64,000 bases of DNA, from assembly GCA_030390025.1 (NCBI GenBank), contig CM059431.1:158226001-158290000 (forward strand), read 5' to 3'. The notes under the pieces are model-generated. The model was not told the DNA's origin and ran no database searches. It was given only the letters and a program-made list of their open reading frames with translations. The position numbers were made by a program, and so were the translations under genes. Positions 36,623 through 52,064 of this stretch are shown here, in pieces (positions within the stretch are counted from its first letter, which is position 1; every line of letters begins with the position of its first letter). The stretch comes from Squalus acanthias. Lineage: Eukaryota.

Positions 36623-38074
36623 GAATATTGACAATTTTTTATTTCATTTTGTTTAACACGAGGTGACTTCATCTCTCACTATTCGAAAACAACCTTCCTT
36701 TTTCCTGCTCAAAATGTTTCACTGTTTCATAAATATTCTCTTTCATCTCCAACAGCTTCATTTACTCCACTCTGTAGTGTCAGATGCGGATATTTGTCAC
36801 ACTAATCATATCAGCTGATACCCTTCCCACTGCTTCATTCACCTATTCTGTGAAACCATTGTTGTTGTTGGGTTCAGATCGCGGCCGTCCCTTCCCTTTT
36901 CCCTGATCTCACCCTCCTGCCCCAAGAATTTGAACTATTTCCCCTTACTCCAGCCAAGCAGTCTCACATTGACCTGCCTCATATTTCCCTCATTAAGCGG
37001 CCCAGTGCAAAACAATCCAGAGATCTCCAGCTTGAGACCTTTTCTTTAATCTAGTGCCTCAGTCACAATATTCCCTCTATAAACGTCTTTCTATCCGTGT
37101 TACTGATTCCGACCATGGGTAATTTCTTCTCTCCTTTCCTTCCCAGATTGTTCTTCTCTCTGGCACCAGGGATACATATTGCCAATTGGCCCCTACTCAG
37201 GGCTGAAGACGAGTCTGTCTATTCACCTGACTGTAGCATCTCCCACCACAATCGCTATCCTATTTATGTTCCCACCTGCCTCTCACCTATGCCCAACTCG
37301 GGGTGGCCTCCTGCTCTCTGGAGTCACACTTTTGCTCAGGAAAAACCGTCCTTCAAGTCACTAGCTCCATCTAGCTTACTTCCCCAAAAACAGGTATGTA
37401 TTGGTCCGTTCCGATAATCAGGGCTCCCTGCACCTGTGACTGCGGTGCCCCTCTAGAGGGTCACTCACTTCCCATTTTGTACTCAGCTCATGTCCTGCTC
37501 CCTCATCCTGTGTGAGCTGCAGGTTCTGCACGAGATCTGCTCCCTTTGTCGGTACAGAAATTATATTTAATGAGTTCTGTGAACCTACCTCTGTTATTTC
37601 TCATTATTCCTGAAATTGTTGGATCCTTTGCCCTGCTTCGAACATCGGCCAGTTCGATGACAGGCGTTCCCAGGTTCTGATGCTCTTTAATAAATATATT
37701 AATAGGAGGGTTAGGCAGAAATATTAAGATGATAAGCAGAACGTTGCCTTATTAAACATGATATCAATGCCCTCCTCACCCATCAGTACAGCAAACTGTT
37801 AGCTCTAGTACCAGCATTTCCCGACTGTTACCATCACCACTCCAGATCAGGTGTGATACAGACAGCTGCCCAGTGAAATGCAGTGAGTCCCGCTGATCTT
37901 GAGTGTGTATGTTGTATGCCGCTCCAGTCCCGAGCCGTTCACTTCTATTTCCACTTTTTTCTCCCCTTTTTTAATTTTCTTTCTAAACCTACCTGATCGC
38001 TCTCTCCAGTCGTCATACCTCCTTTCATCTCTGCTCTTTCGGATAGGCTGCTTTCCCAAATCCCTATCACAATC

Positions 38075-41000
38075 CTTCCACATCAACCTTCCCCCTCAAC
38101 CTTACTTGATTCTGTGTCGAAAAATCTCTCTCCCAACTCTCTTAAAACTGCATTTACGAAATCCCAGCTATCCAGCTTTTGGCCCTCCATTCACTACAAC
38201 ATTTCTACAGCTCCCGATCAGCTCAAAGACACCCTCACCACCACCGTCGATGCCCTACTCCCTATTAAATCAATCACATTTTCTCAACCTCGCTTTTCCA
38301 ATTGGTACAGCCCTCATATCGCTCCCTTAACTCCAGGAGACGCAGAATTGAACTTATATGGCGGACAATGGATTTAGCCATTTGCCGCCAGTTCTGGCTG
38401 GACCGCATAAAGCATTATCGGGTCCTGCTCTCGTCTGCAAAAATTGCTCACTATTCCAAAATCATTCTGGAATGCAAAGACAAACCACGGCTTCTATTCT
38501 CCACTGCTAACCATCTTCTTAAACCTCTCTCCCCTGTCTCATCCACCCTCACCTCCAACAACAATTGCGCGAGGCTCATAAATGTATTTGTCTCTGAGAT
38601 TCAGATCATCCGATCAGCTGCCTCTGCCACTTCTCTTCCGTCCCCCATCCCACCGGGAATATATTCAATAACGTTCCCTCTGCCCTAGCCCTGAACTCGC
38701 AATTTTCTCCAGCTTCTCTCTGGTCTCCTCCCCTGACCTCTCCCTCACTCATCGTGTCTATGAGACACAGTTCCTGCTCGCTCGATCCTATTCCCAGCTA
38801 ACTGCTGACAACCCATTTCCTTTTTTGGCTTCCATGTTAGCTGGCATTATTAATGGCTCTCTCTCCTCAGGTACTGTCCCTCTCTCCTTCAAATCTGCCG
38901 TCATCACCACTCTCCTCAAATAAATAACTCTCGACTGCTCCGTCCTTGCAAATTTACGCCCCAAATGCAAATTCCATTTCCGCTCCAAATTCCTTGAACA
39001 TGTTGTTGCCTTCCAAAGCCATTCCCATCCTTCCTGGAACTCCATATTTGAGTGCCTCCAATCGGGTTTCCGCCCCTGCCACAGTAATGAAACGGCTCTC
39101 ATCAAGGTCACAAAGCACATCCTTTGTGACTGCGAAAAAGACAAATTATGCCTCCTCGGCCTTCTCGACTTCTCAGCACCCTTTGACACGCTTGACCACT
39201 CCACACTCCTCCAACGCCTTTCCACCGTTTTCAGCTGTTTGGGACTGCACATGTCTGGTTCCATTCTTATTTAACATAGACAGAGAATCACCTGCAATGG
39301 CTTCTCTTCTCACTCTCGCATCACTGCCACTGGTTACCCCCAATAATCTATCCTTGACCCCTTCCTATTTTTCATCTACATGCTGCCCACTGACAACATC
39401 ATCGGAAAACAAAGCTTCAGTTTCCACGTTTACGCTGACGACACACAGCTCCAGCTCACTACCACTTCTCTCGACCCCTTCACTGTCTCTAAATTGTCAG
39501 ACTGCTTGTCCGACATCCAGTTCTGGATGAGCAGAAATTTTCTCCAGATAAATATTGGGAAGCCATTTTTTTCATTCCCCGTCACTGACTCCATCCCGCT
39601 CCCTAACATCTGTCTGAGGTTGAACAACACTTTTTGCAATCTTGGATTCAGATTTGAATCTGAAAGGAGCCTCCGACAAAGTATCCGCGGCCTAACTAAG
39701 ACTGCCTATTTCCACCTCCACCATCGCTTGTCTCCAAACCTGCATCAGAACATCTGCTCCTGCACCCCGCATCCATGCCTTTATTACCTCCAGACTTGAC
39801 TGTTCTAAAACACTCCTGGCTGGACACCCTACGTAAATTAGAGGCCACTCTAAACTCGGGTAGCAGTGTCCTAACTCGCACAAAGTGCCATTCACCCATC
39901 ACCCCTGTGCTCGCAGACCTTGGGAAAGTGGACAACTTTCCATACCTCGGGAAACTACTCTCAACAAGGGCATCGATGACGAAGTCCAACACTGCCTTCA
40001 GTGTGCCAGTGCAGCCTTCGTTCGCCTGAGGAAGAGAGTGTTTCAAGACTAGGACCGCAAACCCAGCACCAAGCTAATGGTCAACAGAGCAGTAGTGATA
40101 CCCGCCCTCCTTTATGCTTTGGAGTCATGGACCAAGTACAGCAAGCACCTCAAAGATCTGGAGAGGTAAAACCAACGCTGCCTCCTCAAGATCCTGCAAA
40201 TCTATTGGCTGGATATGCACACCAACATCAGTGTTCTCGCTCAGGCCAACAACCCCAGCGCCGAAGCTTTCTCCATGTTGGATCAGTTCCGGTGGACGGG
40301 CCACATCGTCCGAATGCCCAATACGAGACTCCCAAAACAAGAGCTGTACTCGGAGCACCGACACAGCAAGAGAAACCCAGAAGGGCAGAGGAAAAGCTTC
40401 GAGGACACCCGTAAAGCCTCCTTGAAAAAGTGCAGCATCCCCACCGACTCCTGGGAATTCCTGGCCCAAGACCAGACAAAGTGGAAGTGAAGCACCCGGG
40501 AAGGCGCCGATCACCTCGAGCCTCTTCGCCGGGAGCAAGCGTAAGCCAAGTGCAAACAGCGGAAGGAGCACAGTTCAAACGAAGCACCCCACAAACCCGG
40601 ACCTTCAAACACCGTCTGCCCCACCTATGACAGAAACTGTAGGTACCGCATTGGACTCATCAGACACCTGGGAACTAATTTTTAGTGTCGAAGCAAGTCA
40701 TCCTCTGTTCCGAGGGACTGCATAAGAAGAAGAGACATTTGATCCCGGTTATAAACGCCTCGATTTCAAAATTCTCACCCTTCTTTTCAATTCCCTCCAT
40801 GGCCGCGCACCTCCCTACCTCTAATCTCTTCCACCCTCCCCGCCCCACCCCAAGATAGATGCGCACCTATAATTCAGCCCACTTGTGCATACCTGATTAT
40901 ATTCGCTCAACTATTGGTGGCCGTGCCTTCAGTTGCCAAGGCTCTAAGCTGTGGAAATCCCTAATTAAACCTCTCCGCCTCTCTACCTCTATTTCACTCC

Positions 41001-41092
41001 TTTATATCGCTCCTTAAACCTACCTGTTTGATCAATCTGTTATTCATCTGCGCTAATTTCACCTTATGTGACACGGTGTCAATTTATTTTCT
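38075..41092 (+). mobile_element. L2 LINE remnant, unit 2
   Basis: HVYADDTQL in ORF 39380-39799; collinear with unit 1. Confidence 0.9.
39921..40734 (+). mobile_element. RTE-clade fragment nested in L2, unit 2
   Basis: RWTGHIVRMPNTRLPKQELY; same junctions as unit 1. Confidence 0.88.
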
Positions 41093-41170
41093 TATAACAA
41101 CAACTTTTATACGTATAGCGCCTTTAACGTTCTAAAACGTCCCAAGGCACTGCACAGGACTATTGTAAGA

Positions 41171-42392
41171 CTAAAATTAAGTACTGCAGATGCTGGAAAT
41201 CTGAAATAAAAACAGAAAGTGCGGGAGAACCTCAGCAGGTCTGGCAGCATCTGTGAATAGAGAAACAGAATTAACGTTTCAGGTCGATGACCTTTCGTCA
41301 GAATTGGAAAAAAGTAGGACATGAAACAGATTTTTAAGCAAGTGTAGAGGTTGGGAAAGTGGGGAGGGGATGAAAGAACAAAAGGGAAGGTCTGTGATAC
41401 GATATAAGGCGGAAGAGGTTAAGAGACATTCAGAGATGTTCAAGGAAAAAGGAGATGGTAATGTGACATGTTAAGAAACAAACGATGGCTCTCGATGAAG
41501 TGTAAATTGCGCTGGCAGAAGGAAAGACAGCTGCCATGTGGGGGAAAATAAATAAAAGACAGAAAAAGAGTGTGGATAAAAAATATGAATATATATATGA
41601 TAGGGGCCGAGGTCATAACCTGAAATTGTTTAACACTATTTTGAGTCCAGAAGGCTCTAAAGTGCCTAATCGGAAGATGAGGTGCTGTTCCTCGAGCTTA
41701 CGCTGAGCTTCCGTTGTACAATGCAAGAGGTCGAGGACGGTGAGGTCTGAGTGAGTGTGGAGGTGTGAGATAAAGTGACAGGCGACCGGAAGCTCGGGGT
41801 CCCCCTGACGGAATGAACGCAGGTGTTCCGCAAAGGGGTCAGCCAAGCTGCCTTTCGTCTCCCCAATGTAGAGGAGACCACATCGTGAGCAGCGAATACA
41901 TTATACTAAATTGCAAGAAGTACAAGTAAATCGCTGTTTCACCTGGAAGGGGTGTTTCGGTCCCAGGACAGCTGGAAGGATGGAGGTATAAGGCCATGTG
42001 TTGCATCTCCTGTGCTTGCACGGGAAGGTGCCGGGCGAAGGGGAAGGGGTGTTCGGAGTGATAGAGGAGTGAACTAGCCTGTCGAGGAGGGAGCGGTTCG
42101 TACGGAATGCTGAAAGTGGAGGTGAGGGGAAGATGCATTTGGTGGTGTCATCACGCTTGTGGTTGCGGAAATGGCGGAGTAAGATCCGTTGAATGTGGAG
42201 GCTGGTGGGGTGAAAGGTGAGGACAAGGGGAACTCTGTCGTGGTTCCGGGAGGGAGAGGTAGGGATGAGGGCAGAAGTGCGGGAGATAGAACGGACACGT
42301 TCAAGCGCCGTGTCAACCAATGTAGCGGGGAATCCTCGTTGAGGAAAAAGGAAGACATGTCAGAAGCTCTGGTATGGAAGGTGGCATTTTAG
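41171..42392 (-). mobile_element. Penelope-like element 3' part, unit 2
   Basis: ORFs 41901-42320 and 41613-41846; collinear with unit 1. Confidence 0.9.
41269..41305 (-). ncRNA. Minimal hammerhead ribozyme motif, unit 2
   Basis: Identical to 25668-25704. Confidence 0.8.
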
Positions 42393-45300
42393 GACACCCT
42401 CACTGACCCAGTCCCGACACCCTCATTGACCCAGTCCCGACACCCTCACTGACCCAGCCGCGACACCCTCACTGACCCCTTCCCGACACCCTCACTGACC
42501 CAGTCCCGACAACCTCTCTGACCAGTCCCAACACCCTCTCTGACCAGCCCCAACACCCTCTCTGACCAGCCCCAACACCCTCTCTCACCAACCCCAACAC
42601 CCTCTCTGACCAACCCCGACACCCTCACTGACCCAGTCCCGACACCCTCACTGACCCAACCCCAACACCCTCTCTGACCAGCCCCAACACCCTCTCTGAC
42701 CAGCCCCAACACCCTCTCTCACCAACCCCAACAACCTGTCTGACAAGCGCCAACACCCTCTCTGACCAGCCCCAACACCCTCTCTCACCAACACCAGCAC
42801 CCTCTCTGATCCAACCCCAACACCCTCTCTGACCAGCCCCAACACCCTCTCTCACCAGCCCCAACACCCTCACTGACCAGCCCCGACAATATCACTGACC
42901 CAGCTACACAACGACAACCAACTCACGCAGCCATACACCAACACTCGAGTTACCCAGGCCAAAGCCGACATCCTCTATGACGAAGCCCGACACCGACAGC
43001 AACTGACCCAGACAAACACCGACACCCCACTGACCCAGCCCAATACCGAAACCCTCACTTACCCAACGCCGACACCCAAATGACCCAGCCCAACATCGAC
43101 ACCACAATGACCCAAACCCGATGCCCCACTGACCCACTCCAAAACCGACACCCCACTGACCCAGCACCGACATCACACTGACCCAGACCAACACCGACAC
43201 CACACTGTCCCATCCCTACACCGTAACCCCACTGACCCAACACCGACAACCCACTGACCCAGTACTACACCGATAAACCACTGACCCAGACCAACACCGA
43301 CACCACACTGACCCAGCCCAACACCGACACCCACTGACCCAGCCCAACACCGACACCCACTGACCCAGCCCAACACCGACAACCCACTGACCAAGTTCTA
43401 CACCGACACCCCACTGACCCAGCACTACACTGGCACCCCACTGTCCCAACCCAACAGCGACAACCCACTGACCCATCACCGACACCCCACTGACCCAACA
43501 CCGACACCCCACTGACCCCGTCCAACACCGACAACCCACTAACCCAGCCCTACACTGGCACCCAACTGTCCCAACCCAACACCGACAACCCACTGACCCA
43601 GACCAACACCGACAACCCACTGACACAACATCGACACCCCACTGACCCAGTCCTACACGGACAACCCATTGACCCAGACCAACACCGACACCCCACTTTC
43701 CCAGGCCGAAGCCGACATCATCACTGACCCAGACCGACACCGACACTCACTGAACAAGCCGAACACCGACTCCTCACTGACCCAATCCAAAACCGACACC
43801 CAACCGACGCAGCCCAACACCGACACCCCACTGACCCAGCCCTACACTGGCACCCCACTATCCCAACCCAACACCGACATCCAACTGACCCAGCCCTACA
43901 CTGGCACCCCACTGACCCAACACCGACAACCCACTGACCCAGCCCAACACCGACAACCCACTGACCCAACATCGGCACCCCACTGACCCAGTCCTACACC
44001 GACAAACCATTGACCCAGACCAACACCGACACCCCACTGAACCAGAACAACACCGAACCCCACTGACCGAGCCCAACAGCGACAAACCACTGACCCAGAC
44101 CAACACCGACACCACACTGACACAGCCCAACACCGACACCACAACGACCCAGACCAACAACGACACCACACTGACACAGCCCAACACCGACACCCCACTG
44201 ACCCAGCCCAATACCGAAAGCAACTGACGCGGCCCCAACCCGACACACAACTGACCGAGCCCAACACAGACACACCACTTACCCGGAGCAAAACCGACAT
44301 CGTCTCTTATCCAGTCCGACACCGACACCAGGCTGACCCAGCCCAACAACAAAAAGCATTGACACAGCCCTACAATGACACCCCACTTTCCCAGGCTAAA
44401 GCCGACATCCTCTCTGACCCAGCCCGACACCGACATTCACTGACCAAGCCCAACACCAACCCATCACTGACTCAATCCAACTCCGACACCACACTGACCA
44501 AGCCCAACATCGACACCCCACTGGACAAGTCTTAAACCGACACCACACTGACCCAGCCCAACACCGACACCACACTGATCCAGCCCAACACCGATAACAC
44601 ACTGACCCAGCCCGACACCGACACCACACTGACCCAGCCCAAACCCGACACCACACTGACACAGCCCAACACCAAAACGCCACTGACCCAGCCCAACACC
44701 GACAGCTCACTGACCCAGCCCCACACCGACACCACACTGACCCAGCCCAACACCGACACCTCACTGACCCAGCCCCACACCGACACCACACTGACCCAGC
44801 CCAACACCGACACCCCACTGACCCAGCCCAACACCGACACCTGACTGACCCAGCCCAACACCGACAACCACACTGACACAGCCCAACACCGACACCCCAC
44901 TGACCCAGACCAACACCGACACCTCACTGACCCAACCCAACACCGACACCACACTGACCCAGCCCAACACCGACACCCCACTGACCCAGACCAACACCGA
45001 CACCTGACTGACACAGCCCAACACACGACAACCACACTGACACAGCAAAACACCGAAATCCACTGACCCGGCAGCAAACCGAAAACACACTGACCCAGGC
45101 CTACACAGACACATCACTTACCCAGGCCAAAAGCGACATCCTCTCTGATCCAGCCCGACATCGGCACCCCACTTACCCAGCCCAACACCGACAGCACACT
45201 GACCCAGCCAAACTCCGAAACCACACTGATCGATCAAAACACCGAAATTCAATGACCCGGCAACAACCCGACAGCACAATGACCCAACCCAACACTGACA

Positions 45301-47490
45301 CCCTACTGACCAAGCTCAACACCGAGACCCTCACTGACCCAACAGCGACACCCCACTCACCTTACCCAAAGACCGATAGCTCACTGACACAGACCTACAA
45401 CGGCAGCCCACTGAGACAGCCATACACCGAAACCTCACTAACACAGCCCAAACCCCATACCCCAATGACCCAGACCGACACCGAATCCCTCAGTAGCCCG
45501 ACAGCGACACTCCACTGACCCAGGCTAACACAGATACCACACTGACACAGCCCAACACCGACATCCCACTGACACAGGCCAAAACGACACCCCACCCACA
45601 CAGCCCAACACCGAAACCCCACTGACCAACACAACACCGACACCTCACTGACCCAGCACAACACCGACACCCCACTCACACAGTCCAACACCGAAACCCC
45701 GCTGACCCAGTCCTAAACCGAAAACCCGCTGACCCAGCCCTACACCGACACCCTCACTGAAACCAACCCTACACCGACATCACACTGACCCAGCCCAACA
45801 GCGACACCCCACTGACCAAGCCCAACACCGACACCCCACTGACCCAGCCCAACACCGACACCCCACTGACACGGCCATACACCGACACCCCACTGTCCCA
45901 GCAAAACACAGACAACTTAACTGACACAAAACCGACACCCCACTGACCCAGTCCTACACCGAACATCCCACTGGCCTAGTCCAACACCGACACCCCACTG
46001 ACCCAGCCCTACACCGACAATCCACTGGACAAGTCTTGCACCGGCAGCCCATTGACCCCATTCAACACCGACACCCTCTCTGATCCAGCCCAACACCGAC
46101 ACCCCACTGACACAGCCCATCACGACACCCCACTGACACAGCCCATCACCGACACCCCACTGACACAGCCCATCACCGACACCCCACTGATACAGCCAAA
46201 CAACGACACCCCAACTGATACAGTCCAATACCGAAACCCCACTGACACAGCCCAACACTAAAACCCCACTGACACAGCCCAACACCGATACGCCACTGAC
46301 ACAGCCCAACTCCAACACCCCACTAACACAGCCCAACAGCGATACCCACCCGACGCAGCCCAACACCGACACAACACTGACACAGCCCAACTCCGACACG
46401 CCACTGACACAGCCCAACACCGACAACCCACTGACCCAGACCAACCCCGAAAGCCCAAAGTCCCAGCACATCACCGACACTACACTGACCCAGCCCCACA
46501 CCGGCACCTCGCTGACATAACCCAACACCGACATCAAAATGAAACAGTCCCACACCGACACACCACTGACAGAGCCCCTCACAGACACCCTCACTGATAC
46601 AACACCGACACCACACTGTCCCAGCCCAACACCGACACCTCACTGACCCAACAGCGACACCGCACTGACCTTGCTCACACCGACACACCACTGACCCAGC
46701 CATACAACGGCACTCCACTGAGCCAGCCCTACACAGACACCGCATTGACCGATCCCAAAACTGACACCCCTATGACACAGCTCAACATCGAATTCCTCAC
46801 TGGCCCGTCAGCGACACCCCACTGACCCAGCGCAACACCGACACCCCACTGACCCAGCGCAACACCGACACCCCACTGACCCAGCCCTACACCGAAACCC
46901 CACAGAGCCAGCCATACAACGACAACCCACTGACCCAGCCCTAAACGAACCCATACTGACCCAGATCAATACACAAACCCCAATGACCGAGCCCAACACC
47001 CTCACTCCACTGAACCAATCAAATACCGGCACCGCAATGACCCAGCTCAACACCGACACGCAACTGACCAAGCCCAAAACTGCCACCCCACTCACCCAGC
47101 TCAACACCGACACCCCACTGATCCAGACAAACAACGGCACCCCAACTGATACAGTCAATACCTACAAGCCACAGACGCAACCCAACACCGACATCCCACT
47201 TAAACAGCCCAACACCGACACCCCACTGACATAGCCCAAAACTGACACCCTCACTGATCCAACATCGACACCCCACTGACATTGACCAAGTCTGACACCC
47301 AACTGAGCCAGCCCTACACTGACACCCCACTTACCTAGACCGAAACCGACATCCACTGATGCACCCTACCCCGACAGCCCACTAACCCTGCTCTAAACTG
47401 AAACCCGACTCACACAGACCAACACCGACACCCCACTCACCCTGCCCAACACTGCACTTACCCAAATCGACAATGATAATGCACGGACCC
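42393..47490. repeat. C/A-rich minisatellite, unit 2
   Basis: Same core, with a longer 22-23 bp sub-array at 42393-42900. Confidence 0.95.
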
Positions 47491-50400
47491 AGCCTCAACC
47501 CACGGAATGACATTGCACCGTGTCTGGCACAAGAGGGCGGGCGGAGTACTCTAGGGCATCGAGCACGCAGGCTGGCACTGTAGCTAATCTGGCAGGAATT
47601 TGAGGAAACGCTGAATAAGCTGAAATATATCTGCAGGTCCCAGGGACTGATTCCGAATGAGATGACGTACAGCAAAGATCCTGGCTGGGTTCCTGCCTCT
47701 ACCACCCTTTCAGGCAGTGAATTCCAGATTCCAACCACCCTCTGGGTGAAAACGTTTTTCCTCAAATTCCCTCTAAACCCCCTGTACTTACGTTGAAACT
47801 ATGGCACCTGGTTATTGACCCCGCTTCGAAAGGTAAATGTTCCTTTCTATATACCATATCTATTCCACTTATAATTTTGTACACCTCAATCAGGTCCCCC
47901 CTCAGCCTTCGCTGCTCTAAGGAAAACAACCCCAGCATGTCCAGTATCTCTTCATAGCTAAAGCGCTCCGGCCCAAGTAACATCCTGGTGAATCTCCTCT
48001 GCACCCTTTCCAAAGCAATCACGTCCTTCCAATAGTGTGGCGACCAGAATTGCGCACAGTATTCCAGCTGTGGTCTAACTAACGTTTTGTACAGTTCCAT
48101 CATAACCTTCCTGCTTTTATATTCTATGCCTCGGCTGATGAAGGCAAGTATCCCATATGCCTTTTAAACCACCTTATCTAACTGTTCTCCTGCCTTCAGA
48201 GATCTATGTATGTGCACACTAAGGTCGCTCTGATCCTCTGTTCTTCCTACGGTCCTACCATTCATTGTGTATACCCTTGCCTTCTTCGTCCTCCCAAAAT
48301 GCATCACCTCAAACCTTTCAGAGTTAAATTCCATTTTCCACTTTTTTGCTCATCTGACCAATCCGTCTATATCGTCCTGTAGCCTGAGGCTTCCCTCCTC
48401 GCTATTTACCACTCCAGCAATTTTCGTGTCATCTGCGAACTTACTGATCATACCTCCTACATACATATCTAAATCATTAATGTGCACTACAAACAGCAAG
48501 GGACCCAGCACCGAACCCTGCTGTACACCACTGGACACAGGCATCCAGTCACAAAAACAACCTTCGACCTCACCCTCTGCCTCCTGCCACTAAGCCAATT
48601 TTGGATCCAATATGCCAAATTGCACTGGATCCCATCTGCTCTTAACTTCTTGACCAGTCTCCCATGCGGGACTTTGTCGAAAGCCTTACTGAAGTCCATG
48701 TAGACTACATCAACTGCACAACTCTCAACCACACACCATTTATCCCTCGAAAAATTTAATCAAATTGGTTAGACATGATCTCCCCCTGACAAAGCCATGC
48801 TGACTATCCTTGATTAATTATTGCCTCTCGAAGTGAAGAATAATTCTGTCACTCAGAATTGTTTACAATAATTTCCCTACCACTGATGTTAGACTCGCTG
48901 GTCTGCAGTTCGCTGATTTATCCCTACTACCCTTCTTGAATAATGTTAATACGTTAGCTGACCTCCAGCCCACTGGCACCTCCCCTGTGGCTAGAGATTT
49001 TCTGAAAATTTGTGTCAGATCCCCTGCAATCTCCTCCCTTGCCTCACACAGCATCCTGGGATACATCTCGTCTGGGCCTGGGGATTTATCTATATTTAAG
49101 CCGACTAAAACCGCTAGTGCCTCCTCCCTCTCAATGATAATTTGTTCCAGTATATCACAACACCCCTGCCTGATTTATATGCCTACTTCGTCCTTCTCTA
49201 TAATGAACACAGATGCAAAATATTCATTTAAAACCTCACCTACATCTTCCGGCTCTGAAATCAGATTGCCACTTTTATCCCAAATGGGCCCTACTCTTTC
49301 CCTGGTTATCCTCTTGCCTTAATATATTTCTAAAATACCTTGAGATATTCCTTTAGTTTGCACACCCGTGTTTTTTATTGACCCCTTTTCGCACTCCTAA
49401 TTTTTTTCTTAAGTACGCCTCTGCAAATTCTATACACCTCTTGGGCTTCCACTGTTTTTGGTCGTTTCTATCTGCCAAAAGGCTCCATTTTTTTACTAAA
49501 TAGATTCTTGTATATCCCTTGATATCCAGGGTTCCCTGGCCTTGTTGGTCCCACCCTTGACCTTGACGGGAACATGTTACAACTGTACTCTCTCTATTTC
49601 CCTTCTGAATAACTTCCACTGCTCTGATATGGATTTTACTACAAGTAGCAGATCCCAGTCCACTTTGGCCAGATCCGCACTGATCATATTAAAATCGGCC
49701 TTCCCCCAATTTAGAACCTTTATCTCCGGTCCATTTTCCATGACTACCTTAAATCTCACTGAATTACGGTCACTGCCACCGAAATGCTCTCCGACAGACA
49801 CTTCTACCACTTGCCCGGCTACATTCCCTAAAATTAGTTCTAGTACCGCCCCCTCTCTTGTAGGACTTTCGACAAGCTGGCTCAAAAAGCTCTCCTGGAT
49901 GCACTTTAATAATTCCGCACCCTCTAAGCCTTTCACACTCTGACTATCCCAGTTAATATTGGGGAAGTTGAAAACCCCTACTATTATTACCCTATTGTAT
50001 CTGCACTTCTCTGAGATTTGCCTGGATATCTGTTCCTCTATCGCCCCTGAATGTTTGGGGGCCTGTTGTACACTCCTAGGAAAGTGCTTGTCCCCTTTTT
50101 GTTTTTAAGTTCTACCCATATAGCCTCATTAGAGGAACCTGCTATGATATCATCGCTCCCTACTGCAGTAATTGACTCCTTGATTAATATTGCGACACCC
50201 CCTCCTCTTTTACACCCACATCTGTCTCGCCTGAAGATTCTATACCCCGTAATAATGAGCTGCCAGTCCTGGCACTCCCTCAACCTTGTCTCTGTGATAG
50301 CAACAATATCATACTCCCATGTGTTCATCAACACCTTCAATTCATCTGCCTTACTCGCTAGACACCTTGCATTGAAATGAATGCCCGCCAGACTAACCAT

Positions 50401-50918
50401 ACTCAATTGTGCCGTTACATATTTGCTCTGACTTCCAAACAGACTTGTTTTTTCCTCTATATTTGGCTTCGCATCACCCACTACTATAGCTCCGCTCCGT
50501 ATCCCATCCCCCTGCCAAGTTAGTTTAAATTCCCCCTAACAGCACTCGCAAAACTCCCCGCAAGGATGTTGGTCCTGGTGCAACCCGTCCGACTTGTACA
50601 GGGCCCACCTTTCCCAGAAACAGACAGAATGATCCAGGAAAATAAACCCCTCCCTCCTGCACTAACTCTTTCGCCCCGCATTCATGTGCTCTATCATTCT
50701 ATTCCTACACTCACTAGCACGTGGCACCGGGAGTAATCCTGTGATTACAACGTTTTCGGTCCTGCTTTTTAATCTGCTACCTAGCTCGCTAAATTCTTGT
50801 TGCAGGACCACATCTATCTTTCTAACTATGTCGTTGGTACCAATATGAACCACGACCTCGGACTTTTCGCACGGCCCCTTCAGAATGCCCTGCAGCCGTT
50901 CAGTTACATTCTTGACCT

Positions 50919-50967
50919 TTTTGAGAAGTCGCACAACACCAGGTTATAGTCCAACAGTTTTATTTGA
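50919..50967 (-). mobile_element. 49-bp micro-insertion with perfect 11-bp TSD
   Basis: attcttgacct at 50908-50918 and 50968-50978; absent from CR1 copies 1 and 2; reverse complement of the 9382-9443 insert. Confidence 0.8.
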
Positions 50968-51855
50968 ATTCTTGACCTGGCACCAGGGAGGCAACTTACC
51001 ATCCTGGAGTCACGTCTGCGGCCGCAGAAACGATTGTCTGCACCCCTCACTATTGAGTCTCCTACCACTATTGCACTTCCACTTTTACTCCTCACCCATT
51101 GTGCAGCTGAGCCTCCCACAGTGCCGTGAACTTGGCTCTGGCTGCTCTCCCCAGAGGAACCGTCAATTTCACGCGTTTCATACACAGAATAACAGTTGTT
51201 GAGTGAGATGCACTCTAGGGCTTTCCTGACTGCCGGCGTGCCCCCCTTCTTCTGACTGGTGGTCTCCCATTCCGTCTCTGACTGCACTTTCTAATTCTGC
51301 GGCGTGACCTTGTCCAAAAACGTGCTATCCATGTAAGTCTGAGCTCGCGGATACACCGCAGTGCCTCCAGCTGATGCTCGAGCTCTGAAAACCGGATCTC
51401 CAGTTGGCCAAACCATTGGCACTTACTGTAAATGTGGTCATCCTGACTGCAAGATGCGTCTAGGGATTCCCACATGCTGCAGGACGTGCAAAGCACGGGA
51501 CTGAGGTCCCCTGCCATAACCTTAATTAAAAAACTCTTACCTCAAATTTAAACCCTCGGATTCTCGCTCTCCCGAACTCCCTTAACTATGAACTACCTTA
51601 AAAAAATAGACTTAAAATTGAAGTAAAAAAAACACTCAACCACTATTCACTAATCAGCTTCCTCCCCTGCGCCGACGTCACTTTGGAACACGTATATCTT
51701 TTAATCTGCACCAAGGCACTTAAATTTAGACGCCCAAGTTTGGAAAAAAAGCGAGTAATAGAGAAATACTCATCAACCAAGCATTTACCTGCTTACTGTT
51801 GACGAGACACTTCGATTACTTTTTACTTCTTTACACTCACCGGTCCTTTGTATCT

Positions 51856-52064
51856 CAGCCGCTCCCGCTGCTTTTACTGCCGCCGAAGTCTCGTGCTCTC
51901 CAGCCGCTCCCGCTGCTTTTACTGCCGCCGAAGTCTCGCGCTCTCCAGCCGCTCCCGCTGCTTTTACTGCCCCCGAAGTCTCGCGCTCTCCAGCCGCTCC
52001 CGCTGCTTTTACTGCCCCCGTAGTCTGGTGCTCTCCAGCCGCTCCCGCTGCTTTTACTGCCACC
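51856..52064. repeat. 45-bp monomer array, CR1 copy 3 (~4.6 copies)
   Basis: 209 bp, exactly 5 x 45 bp shorter than the other two arrays. Confidence 0.95.

Larger units (their letters stand above)
47689..52064 (-). mobile_element. CR1 LINE copy 3 (3' UTR removed), disabled
   Basis: Collinear with copies 1 and 2; private 49-bp insertion in ORF1. Confidence 0.95.

Noticed and set aside
26983..47356. Many Gly/Val/Trp/Cys-rich or Thr/Pro/Gln-rich ORFs as mucin- or keratin-associated-like genes
   Set aside because: They are open in several frames on both strands because of the 27-bp period, shift frame often, and are not conserved between units.
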